Positions 7,415 to 14,777 of a DNA stretch of 24,449 nt are shown piece after piece. A program made the position numbers and the translations under genes. Origin of the DNA: Nitrospirota bacterium (lineage in GTDB: Bacteria > Nitrospirota > UBA9217); the NCBI GenBank assembly GCA_029858565.1, contig JAOUEV010000051.1, forward strand, positions 1-24,449. Reading direction: 5' to 3'. The first letter of the stretch is position 1. The number at the start of each line of letters is the position of its first letter. The notes beneath the pieces were generated by a model, which made no database searches, was not told the origin of the DNA, and saw nothing but the letters and a program-made list of their open reading frames with translations.

Positions 7415-8211
7415 TTTTTCACGCCAACAATCCTGGTCCTGCCGAAGGCGCCTTCTTTTGCCTTCTGGAGCATAAATCCCATCTCGCCGCCCATGGCCTG
7501 CATCAGGTTCATATCCCACCCGATGATGCGCAGGGCGTCGAAGGTGAGCTGTTTGGTCAGCATGTCGATGTAGAACTGGATATAGTCCGCGAACTCCGGG
7601 GTCATGTCTTCGGACACCGTGACCTCGAAGCCGTGCTTATTGAGCAGGGACTCGTAGCCTTTCTGGCTTTCCATGTAGGGGAACTTCATGAAGCGATTGA
7701 TGCGTTCGGCATCCTTGTCGGCAAGGCCTTTCGGCCCTTCGACCCAGTCGGTGAAAGCGATGGTGCCTCCCTTTTTTAAAACCCGTGATGCCTCGCTGAT
7801 CTGTTTATCCTTGTCCGCAACATAGCACCATGCATCCTCGCCCCAGACCACGTCAAAGGTATTGCTGTCCCAGGGAATGGTCGTAACGTCGCCGAGCTTG
7901 AACTCTATGGAGCCGTTAAAGCCGCCACGCTCTGCCCGTTTCTTCGCTTCCTCGACCATATGCGCTGTGCCGTCGAGGCCATAACCCTTCACCTGGAAGT
8001 TCTTCACCAGGAACCGGAGACCCGCGCCGAGCGCGCTGCAGAGGTCAAGGACCTTCTGGTCCTTTTTGATGCCCGCTTTCTGGGCCAGGGCCATGGACGA
8101 GGCGAACCCGCCCACATGGATCTGTTCGCCCATGATCATTTCCCAGAGCCGGCCTTCCGGACCTGAGTAGACGGCATTCACATCCTTCAACGTGATATCC
8201 AGTCTCTTCAT
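7411..8211 (-). CDS. Class I SAM-dependent methyltransferase (sarcosine/tocopherol methyltransferase-like)
   Basis: GEQIHVGG, VLDLCSALGAG (motif I variant), GDVTTIPWDSNTFDVVW, RVLKKGG; AAGGA RBS. Confidence 0.9.
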   Translation of the reverse strand: MKRLDITLKDVNAVYSGPEGRLWEMIMGEQIHVGGFASSMALAQKAGIKKDQKVLDLCSALGAGLRFLVKNFQVKGYGLDGTAHMVEEAKKRAERGGFNGSIEFKLGDVTTIPWDSNTFDVVWGEDAWCYVADKDKQISEASRVLKKGGTIAFTDWVEGPKGLADKDAERINRFMKFPYMESQKGYESLLNKHGFEVTVSEDMTPEFADYIQFYIDMLTKQLTFDALRIIGWDMNLMQAMGGEMGFMLQKAKEGAFGRTRIVGVKK

Positions 8212-8257
8212 GTCGGTCCTTTCATGATGAATTGAGATCGAGCAGCCAGTGCGGTCG

Positions 8258-8362
8258 CTAGGCGCTGATCAACAGTAATGCTGATACCGCGAGCGTTGTG
8301 AGAAACCCTGTGAACAGAGCGATTCGGATAATGCGCATGGTGACCTCGAAACGATACAGCAT
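8258..8362 (-). CDS. 34-aa single-pass membrane peptide
   Basis: AAGGAGG RBS, then MLYRFEVTMRIIRIALFTGFLTTLAVSALLLISA-TAG; fills the gap between the MerT-like and methyltransferase genes. Confidence 0.6.
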   Translation of the reverse strand: MLYRFEVTMRIIRIALFTGFLTTLAVSALLLISA

Positions 8363-8399
8363 GGGAGACCTCCTTGGAGCAGGGTGTATGGATAGCCGC

Positions 8400-8786
8400 C
8401 TAGGGCGCGGCCCTGAGATTCTTGATGATCGAGAACGTGGTCAGCATGAGGCTCATGCCAGCCACGATCCAGAGTGTTACCTTCGTTTTTATGCCTACAT
8501 CGCCCTTGTGCTTGAAATAGATTCGGTAGAACGATGTGGCCAGCAGGGTGAAGGTGAACGCGTACAGGAAATAGCGATACTTCACGAACCAAGCCCCGAA
8601 GGCGACGCTTCCCAGGCCAAGACCGGCCAGGATGATGTTCATGTTTCAGAGGATGATCGTTACGACGGCCGAGCCCATGGCACCCTTGGCTGAGCCGATA
8701 CTGCCTTTGCCGGGCAGGGGACAGACCTGTCCGGTTGGAAATGCCTCTTTGGATGGTGACTTTGGCGTGAATTTGAGCTGGTTCAT
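8400..8786 (-). CDS. MerT-like membrane transporter, predicted selenoprotein (128 aa, Sec47)
   Basis: GGAGG RBS and ATG 8786: MNQLKFTPKSPSKEAFPTGQVCPLPGKGSIGSAKGAMGSAVVTIIL-UGA-NMNIILAGLGLGSVAFGAWFVKYRYFLYAFTFTLLATSFYRIYFK... Three TM segments, with the UGA at about the position of the MerT TM1 Cys pair, followed by a SECIS-like hairpin. Confidence 0.8.
8610..8648 (-). promoter_or_regulatory. In-frame UGA plus putative SECIS hairpin
   Basis: UGA-13 nt-UCCU-GGCC-GGUCUU-GGCC-U-GGGA; the loop starts with GGUC 21 nt after the UGA. Confidence 0.7.
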
Positions 8787-8818
8787 GATCCTCCCCTGTG
8801 GAATGCTGAATGATCACT

Positions 8819-8862
8819 ATTATCAGACAGGTGGAAAGGGAAGTCTAATCGTGATTCTTTAT
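8819..8862 (-). promoter_or_regulatory. Putative sigma70 promoter of the left operon with an adjacent LysR-type T-N11-A box
   Basis: Minus strand TAGACT(8847-8842)-17 nt-GATAAT(8824-8819); ATCG-N7-TTAT (8848-8862) abuts the -35. Confidence 0.45.
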
Positions 8863-8930
8863 AGGATGGAGGGGAAGGTGCGGGAAAAATTTATAGGTCC
8901 GGTTCGATAGATTCAAGAAAAGACTCTTTT

Positions 8931-9011
8931 GCCACAGAGGTCGCAGAGGACGCTAGAGAAATGACCTGGTCAGAAAGATAACATCTCAGTGCTTTCCGTG
9001 TTCTCTGTGGC
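8931..9011. repeat. REP-like imperfect palindrome with about 9-nt periodic arms, downstream of the LysR gene
   Basis: GCCACAGAG-GTCGCAGAG-GACGCTAGAGA ... TCTCAGTG-CTTTCCGTG-TTCTCTGTGGC; the outer 9 bp are perfectly inverted. Confidence 0.65.
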
Positions 9012-9037
9012 CGAGTTCAATTCTGATATTGTCGATC

Positions 9038-9931
9038 TTATGCAGAGGGCAGTCGTTCAGAGAGGAACTGGACAAAGACGCGATAGTGTCCCGGAATAGG
9101 TCGGTTCTTTCTGCAAATAATGTGGAAATTCCGCTTCATGCGTACGCCGGTGATCTTTATTTCTTCGACCAGGCCCGCCTTGAGATCGTCCTTCACCACG
9201 AATCGCGAGAGGATCGTTGCGCCGAGTCCCGCCTTGACTGCCTCGCGGAGCGAGTCGGGCGATCCGAGGATCGCCTTGATGTTCAGCGCTTTCATGCTGA
9301 TCTTGTGCAGAAGATGCTGTTTTTCCATGCTGGCGCGGGAATCCGATCCCTCTTCGCGCATCAGAAGTGGGATCGAGAAAAGCTTGAGCGGTGATATCGA
9401 CCTTTTGCCGACAAATCCCGGTTTTGCAACAAGGATCAGTTCATCCTTGAAGGTATGAATCCGTTCTATGTCACCGGCGCTCCGCGGGTCGTCGACGATA
9501 CCCAGCTGAAGATCTCCGGAGGTCACCTGTTCGATGATCTTGCGGGAGTCAGCAATGGTGACCTGGAAAAAGACCTCGGGATATTGCCTGCTGAATTCAG
9601 CGGCAAGGGGAGGGATGACGTAGGAGCCGGGAACGGCCGCGGCGCCGACGGTAATGAGACCCCGCACGGCCTTTTCCGAAGAAAGGAGATCGTTCTTGAT
9701 GTCCTTGAGCCGTTCCATCAGGTCCTCTGCGCGGTTGAAGAGCAATGTGCCTTCCTTCGTGGGGATCGTCTTTCGACCAACGCGATCAAAGAGCTGTATG
9801 CTCAGTTCCTCTTCCAGCTTCTTTACGTGCATGCTGACAGACGGTTGGGTGAGGTGCAGTTCCCGGGAGGCAATGGAAAAACTCCGGTTGCGATAGACTG
9901 AAAGGAAAACTTTGAGCTGATAGATATCCAT
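9038..9931 (-). CDS. LysR-family transcriptional regulator, CysL-like substrate-binding domain
   Basis: HTH MDIYQLKVF...SFSIASRELHLTQPSVSMHVKKLEEELSIQLFDR; PGSYVIP, REEGSDSR, AVKAGLG; GGAG RBS before ATG 9931. Confidence 0.92.
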   Translation of the reverse strand: MDIYQLKVFLSVYRNRSFSIASRELHLTQPSVSMHVKKLEEELSIQLFDRVGRKTIPTKEGTLLFNRAEDLMERLKDIKNDLLSSEKAVRGLITVGAAAVPGSYVIPPLAAEFSRQYPEVFFQVTIADSRKIIEQVTSGDLQLGIVDDPRSAGDIERIHTFKDELILVAKPGFVGKRSISPLKLFSIPLLMREEGSDSRASMEKQHLLHKISMKALNIKAILGSPDSLREAVKAGLGATILSRFVVKDDLKAGLVEEIKITGVRMKRNFHIICRKNRPIPGHYRVFVQFLSERLPSA

Positions 9932-10088
9932 AGCGGTTCTCCAGCCTCTGTTCTGTGGTGGCTTCCTGGTCGACAAGATCAACCACCATGGTCATACTAC
10001 AGTATCAGGGCTTTCGCAGTCAACAGAACCTCGCAAACAACGGCCTTTCTTCTGGAAAAAAACAGGCGTCTTGGTTATACTATTCATC

Positions 10089-10868
10089 ATGACCGAACAA
10101 AAAAGGGAACATTGCGCCCAGTGCGGAACTCAACTGCAGTATCTCACGGCTGCTGTGGACGCTAGATGCACATCCTGTGGCAAGATCTTCCGGTCTCATA
10201 TTACCTGCCCCGAGAACCACGTACTGTGCGACGCCTGTCATGGTAAAGAGGCCCGAAAAATGATCTGGGAACTGGTCAGTACAGACCAGGCAAGGGACCC
10301 GCTCGAGGCGGCGGAGCGAATGATGGCCCATCCGGCAGTCCCGATGCTCTCCTGCGATCACGCGTTCATCGCTGCGGGCGCGCTTCTGACGGCCCTCCAG
10401 AACTCTCCCTGTGGGAAAATGACGGAAAAGGACAGGAAGGAGGTCTTTGACCGCATCGAGGAACAGGCCAGGGGAGGGTATTGTGCTCTTACCGGCGTCT
10501 GCGGCATTGTTCCCGCCATTGGCGCTGTCTTCTCGGTCTTCCTCGGTGCCCGATGCGGAAGCGACCGGGAGCAGCGGATCGTGATGGATGCGGCAACCAG
10601 GACCATGCGGGCGATCACCGAGCTCACCGGACCGAGCTGCTGCAAGGCTTACGTGCGTACTTCGATCGCAGTTGCATCAGAGGTCTTTGCGGAGACCCTG
10701 GGAATCGCTCTTCCTTTGGGGCGCGCCAAGCCAGTCTGCGATCACGCGGAACGGCATCCGCATGGATGCAGGGAAGAGCTCTGTCCGTACTATCGGAAAC
10801 CGTCCAAGGACATCTTTGCAGAAGCCAAATGGGTCCCCGGTATAGCCTGTACTACCTGACGTCCCTAA
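10089..10868 (+). CDS. Cys-rich DUF5714-like protein; predicted C-terminal CTTU-RP selenoprotein (ends at 10859 if the UGA is a stop)
   Basis: CAQCG, CTSCG, CPENHVLCDACH, PMLSCDHAF, GGYCALTGVCG, GPSCCK, CREELCPYY; tail GIACTT-UGA-CGU-CCC-UAA followed by a hairpin. TATACT 7 nt before the ATG suggests a leaderless start. Confidence 0.78.
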
Positions 10869-10905
10869 AGGCCATCCCGGCGGGATGGCACGCGACAAAG
10901 GGATG
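10857..10905 (+). promoter_or_regulatory. UGA plus putative SECIS hairpin (alternatively a terminator between convergent genes)
   Basis: UGA-11 nt-GCCAUCCC-GGC-GGGAUGGC (8 perfect bp); lower stem CGUCCCU/AGGGAUG; no poly-U tract on the + strand. Confidence 0.6.
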
Positions 10906-10921
10906 AACGTGTCTTGTTCTT

Positions 10922-11341
10922 CTACTCCTGAACTATCCTGTAGCTGTGGAAAATCTGTCCTGCTTTTGCTAGCGTTGCTCCCACGGAGCAATACTTTCCC
11001 AAGGACAGTTCAATGGCACGCTTTACGGCATCAGGTTGGACCGATTTGCCTTTTACCACGTATTCAATATGTATTTCCCGATAGATCTTTGGATAATCAT
11101 CGGACTTCTCTCCGCGGATGTTCATTTCGAGCCCGCTAATGTCCTGACGTTTCTTTCGCAGGATGGAAATAACATCCATTCCTGTGCAGCCGCCAAATCC
11201 AACGAGCAGAAGCTCCATGGGACGAAAACCGGCGTTCCCACCGCCGGACGCATCGTCTGCATCCATTTCCAACCTGTGACCTGAGTCCGCCGATCCGCTG
11301 AACTGCATATTCTTGACTAAGTGAACAGTTGCATGGACCAT
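10922..11341 (-). CDS. OsmC/YhfA-family protein
   Basis: GFRPMELLLVGFGGCTGMDVISIL...KYCSV (two conserved Cys); GGAGG RBS. Confidence 0.92.
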   Translation of the reverse strand: MVHATVHLVKNMQFSGSADSGHRLEMDADDASGGGNAGFRPMELLLVGFGGCTGMDVISILRKKRQDISGLEMNIRGEKSDDYPKIYREIHIEYVVKGKSVQPDAVKRAIELSLGKYCSVGATLAKAGQIFHSYRIVQE

Positions 11342-11447
11342 AAATACAACCTCCCTGTGATGGACTATTGCGATACACGCCGATCATATTAACATACTTG
11401 AACAATCACTTATCAATAGTTTTTCATGATGCGAGCATTTATAAACT

Positions 11448-11652
11448 TTGGCATATTGGCCAAAACATGCGTTATCGTTGTTTTGTAAATAAAAGCAATT
11501 ATAAACAGTGCGTTGAATAATTATGAGGCAGATACGTTGGTAAAATTACCAATATAATAGCTAAATCTCATGGTTTATGTTTTATTTAACATTATGATTA
11601 TTAACTGAATTATTGTTCTGCAATTTAGTATTAAATTGGCAACCTATTTGCA
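11448..11652 (+). promoter_or_regulatory. Putative sigma54 promoter with upstream activator palindromes and an IHF-like site
   Basis: TTGGCAACCTATTTGCA (11636-11652, GG-N10-GC); TTGG-N8-CCAA palindromes at 11537-11552 and 11448-11463; IHF-like AATCATAATGTTA on the minus strand at 11587-11599. Confidence 0.6.
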
Positions 11653-11753
11653 CAAGAATTATAGTATGTTTCGATTAATTAAGTTGTAACTATTACGAAT
11701 AGTTACGAATACATTTCAGCTATCATGTTTATGGGTTGATAAATTTTTCTTAT

Positions 11754-11784
11754 TTGACAAAAAGGGCTATTTGCTGAATATTCT
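11754..11784 (+). promoter_or_regulatory. Putative sigma70 promoter upstream of dsrA
   Basis: Perfect TTGACA at 11754, then AATATT at 17 nt or TATTCT at 19 nt spacing. Confidence 0.4.
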
Positions 11785-12157
11785 ACTACCTCGCACCAGT
11801 CTCAGAAACGGACTCTCGTTCTTCCTTGCAGTACGGCAATACCCGGTATCTGCTTCACATCTGTCCTGATATAGTCGCAATTAAGTTCAGTGTTTTCCGA
11901 ATTACCGCAAACAAGAGTTGTCCTGGTGATTTGTTCTTGGCCAGGTTTTCAACAGTAAAGATCCATTGTCATGAAAGGGGGACAGATCACCACATCATCA
12001 ACCCTGGGAAGGATATGCGGTAGATCTCCAGATAATTCCTTCCAAAAACGCAGGTACCTTGACGAAGTTGAGCAGCCGACGTTGGTCGTTTCCGGATTTT
12101 GTCGTTGATCATTAGCTTTACACACGTTTAAGAACAATTCCATAAGGAGGGTTCCAC

Positions 12158-13336
12158 ATGGGTAATGACGGAAAGACACCGATGCTTGATGATCTGGAAA
12201 AAGGAGCATGGCCGAGTTTCGTGAAGGAGATCAAGGTCGCCGCGAAGAAGAGCAACACGGCGAAGGATCTTCTTGGAATTCTCGAGCGGTCCTATAGGGA
12301 CAAAGTCACTCACTGGAAGCACGGCGGTATCGTGGGCGTTCTCGGGTATGGCGGCGGCGTTATCGGCCGTTACTGCGATCTTCCCGAAGAATTCCCCGGC
12401 GTGGCCCACTTCCACACCGTCCGCGTCAATCCGCCGTCAGGATTCTTCTACACGTCCAAGGCGCTCAAAGAACTGTGCGATATTTGGGACAAGTACGGCA
12501 GCGGCATGACCAATATGCATGGCTCCACGGGAGACATGATCTGGCTCGGCACCCAGACCGACAAGCTTGAACCGATCTTCGCTGAGATCACGGCCAAGGG
12601 ATGGGACCTCGGCGGTTCCGGTTCCTGCCTCCGTACCCCGAGCTCCTGCGTCGGTATGGCACGCTGCGAGTTCGCCAATATCGACACAATGGACATCTGC
12701 CACACCCTGACCCACAAGTTCCAGGACGAGCTCCATCGTCCCGCGTTCCCTTACAAGTTCAAGATCAAGGTCTCGGGCTGCGCCAATGACTGCACAGCGG
12801 CCGTGGCCCGCGCCGACATGTCCATCATCGGAACCTGGCGCGACAGCATCCGCATCGACCAGGCCGAAGTGAAGAACTATTCCTCCAAGATGAACATCCA
12901 GGAGGAGATCGTCGGTATGTGCCCGACCAAGTGCATGAGCTTTGACGGTGGCGCTCTGAAGATCAATGACAAGGATTGCAACCGCTGCATGCATTGCATC
13001 AACCAGATGCCGAAGGCGCTCCGCCCCGGAAAAGAGAGGGGTGCCACGATCATGCTCGGCGGCAAGGCCCCGATCGTGACCGGCGCCCTGATGAGCTGGG
13101 TCATCGTTCCCTTCATGAAACTTGAAGCCCCCTATGACAACCTTGAAGACCTTATCCGCAAGCTCTGGGAATGGTGGGATGAGCACGGAAAGAACCGCGA
13201 GCGTATCGGCGAACTCGTTGACCGTATGGGCATGCGCTCCATGCTCGAGTCGACCGGCCTCCCGCCGGTGCCGCAGATGGTGAAGGCGCCGAGGACCAAC
13301 CCCTATGTCTTCTGGGCACCGGGCGAAGTGAAGTAA
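12158..13336 (+). CDS. dsrA: Dissimilatory sulfite reductase alpha subunit
   Basis: TPMLDDLEKGAWPSFV, THWKHGGIVGVLGYGGGVIGRY, siroheme motif CVGMARC...GCANDC, CNRCMHCIN, RTNPY; AAGGAGG RBS. Confidence 0.99.
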   Translation: MGNDGKTPMLDDLEKGAWPSFVKEIKVAAKKSNTAKDLLGILERSYRDKVTHWKHGGIVGVLGYGGGVIGRYCDLPEEFPGVAHFHTVRVNPPSGFFYTSKALKELCDIWDKYGSGMTNMHGSTGDMIWLGTQTDKLEPIFAEITAKGWDLGGSGSCLRTPSSCVGMARCEFANIDTMDICHTLTHKFQDELHRPAFPYKFKIKVSGCANDCTAAVARADMSIIGTWRDSIRIDQAEVKNYSSKMNIQEEIVGMCPTKCMSFDGGALKINDKDCNRCMHCINQMPKALRPGKERGATIMLGGKAPIVTGALMSWVIVPFMKLEAPYDNLEDLIRKLWEWWDEHGKNRERIGELVDRMGMRSMLESTGLPPVPQMVKAPRTNPYVFWAPGEVK

Positions 13337-13378
13337 TGATCTCACAAGAGAGAAAAATTTCAAGGAGGAATACCTAGA

Positions 13379-14452
13379 ATGGCCGACAAACCAAAGAGAA
13401 TAACTGACCTTGGTTCACCTGACTATAAAAAATTCCTGCCTCCCGCGATCGCGAAGAACTACGGGAAGTGGAAATATCATGAACAGCTTGGCAAGGGCGT
13501 GATGAAGCACGTTTCCGAGACCGGCGACGAACTGTACACCGTGCGTATTGCCACGCCCCGACTGGTAAGCACGGACTACATCCGTGAGATGTGCGATATC
13601 GCCGAGAAGTTCTGCGGCGGTTTCCTCCGCTGGACGACCCGCCACAACGTGGAGTTCTTTCCGGCGAAGGACCAGGTTGACGCCCTCACGGCAGACCTCA
13701 AGAAGCGCGGTCACCTGGTCGGCGGCATCGGTTACGGCATCAGCAACGTGGTGCATACCCAGGGCTGGATCCACTGCCACACGCCTGCCACTGACGCCTC
13801 GGGCGTGGTGAAGGCGGTCATGGACGAACTGCATGAGTACTTCACGACGAAGAGCTTGCCGGCACGCGTGCGCATCGCGCTTGCCTGCTGCCTGAATATG
13901 TGCGGCGCCGTGCATTGCTCCGACATCGCCATCCTCGGCATTCATCGCCTGCCTCCCAAGGTGAACGAGGCGACGCTTGCGAACCAGTGCGAGATCCCGA
14001 CGACCATCGCGTCGTGCCCCACGGGCGCCATCAGCCCGAACCCGGCCACGAAGTCGGTGAAGATCAAGGCCGAGCGCTGCATGTACTGCGGCAACTGCTA
14101 CACCATGTGCCCGTCCCTCCCGATCGCAGACGGCTCCGGCGACGGCATCTCGATCTATGTGGGCGGCAAGGTTTCCAATGCCCGCGGCCCGGCGCGGATG
14201 TCCAAGCTGGTCATCCCGTTCCTGCCGAACAACCCGCCGCGCTGGCCCGAGACCGTGAAGGCTGTGAAGCACCTCGTCGAAGTCTATGCCGCGAACGCAA
14301 AGAAGCATGAGCGCATGGGCGAGTGGATCGAGCGGATCGGCTGGGAGCGTTTCTTCAAGCTCACCGGCATTCCGTTCACCTATCAGCATATCGACGACTT
14401 CACTTTTGCCCGTGACACGTTCCGCATGACCCCCACCTTCAAGTGGGAGTAG
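13379..14452 (+). CDS. dsrB: Dissimilatory sulfite reductase beta subunit
   Basis: [71 protein letters not shown]. Confidence 0.99.
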   Translation: MADKPKRITDLGSPDYKKFLPPAIAKNYGKWKYHEQLGKGVMKHVSETGDELYTVRIATPRLVSTDYIREMCDIAEKFCGGFLRWTTRHNVEFFPAKDQVDALTADLKKRGHLVGGIGYGISNVVHTQGWIHCHTPATDASGVVKAVMDELHEYFTTKSLPARVRIALACCLNMCGAVHCSDIAILGIHRLPPKVNEATLANQCEIPTTIASCPTGAISPNPATKSVKIKAERCMYCGNCYTMCPSLPIADGSGDGISIYVGGKVSNARGPARMSKLVIPFLPNNPPRWPETVKAVKHLVEVYAANAKKHERMGEWIERIGWERFFKLTGIPFTYQHIDDFTFARDTFRMTPTFKWE

Positions 14453-14469
14453 GAGTAGCTATTTAGGAG

Positions 14470-14506
14470 ACCGGCCTCCCGAGTATGATGCGGGAGGCCG
14501 GTTTTT
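14470..14506 (+). terminator. Terminator-like hairpin between dsrB and dsrD
   Basis: ACCGGCCTCCCG-9 nt-CGGGAGGCCGGT followed by TTTT. Confidence 0.7.
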
Positions 14507-14540
14507 GCTCCACACTATCCGAATCAAGGGGGACACTATC

Positions 14541-14777
14541 ATGGACGCTGCAGAACTGCAGAAAAAAGTATATGAGCTCGTGGAAAAGAACATGGGGAAA
14601 AAGAAAATGAAGGCCGGCGATATCACCAAAGCCATGGAGGCCGAGGGTGCAAGCCGTGACGAGGTCAAGGCCGCGATTCGTGAACTCGTGGACGGCGGCA
14701 AGCTCGTGTATTCTTACTTCGGCGGCAGTTTCATCGAGGTGCCGCACGTAGAGGGTTCCGCCAATCCCCAGCAGTAA
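14541..14777 (+). CDS. dsrD: DsrD, allosteric activator of DsrAB (winged helix), 78 aa
   Basis: Directly after dsrB; KKK...EVKAAIRELVDGGKLVYSYFGGS; AAGGGGG RBS before ATG 14541. Confidence 0.9.
   Translation: MDAAELQKKVYELVEKNMGKKKMKAGDITKAMEAEGASRDEVKAAIRELVDGGKLVYSYFGGSFIEVPHVEGSANPQQ

Noticed and set aside
11826-12209. Short ORFs in the dsrA leader (11826-12023 +, 11949-12209 -)
   Set aside because: No RBS, atypical composition and no motifs.
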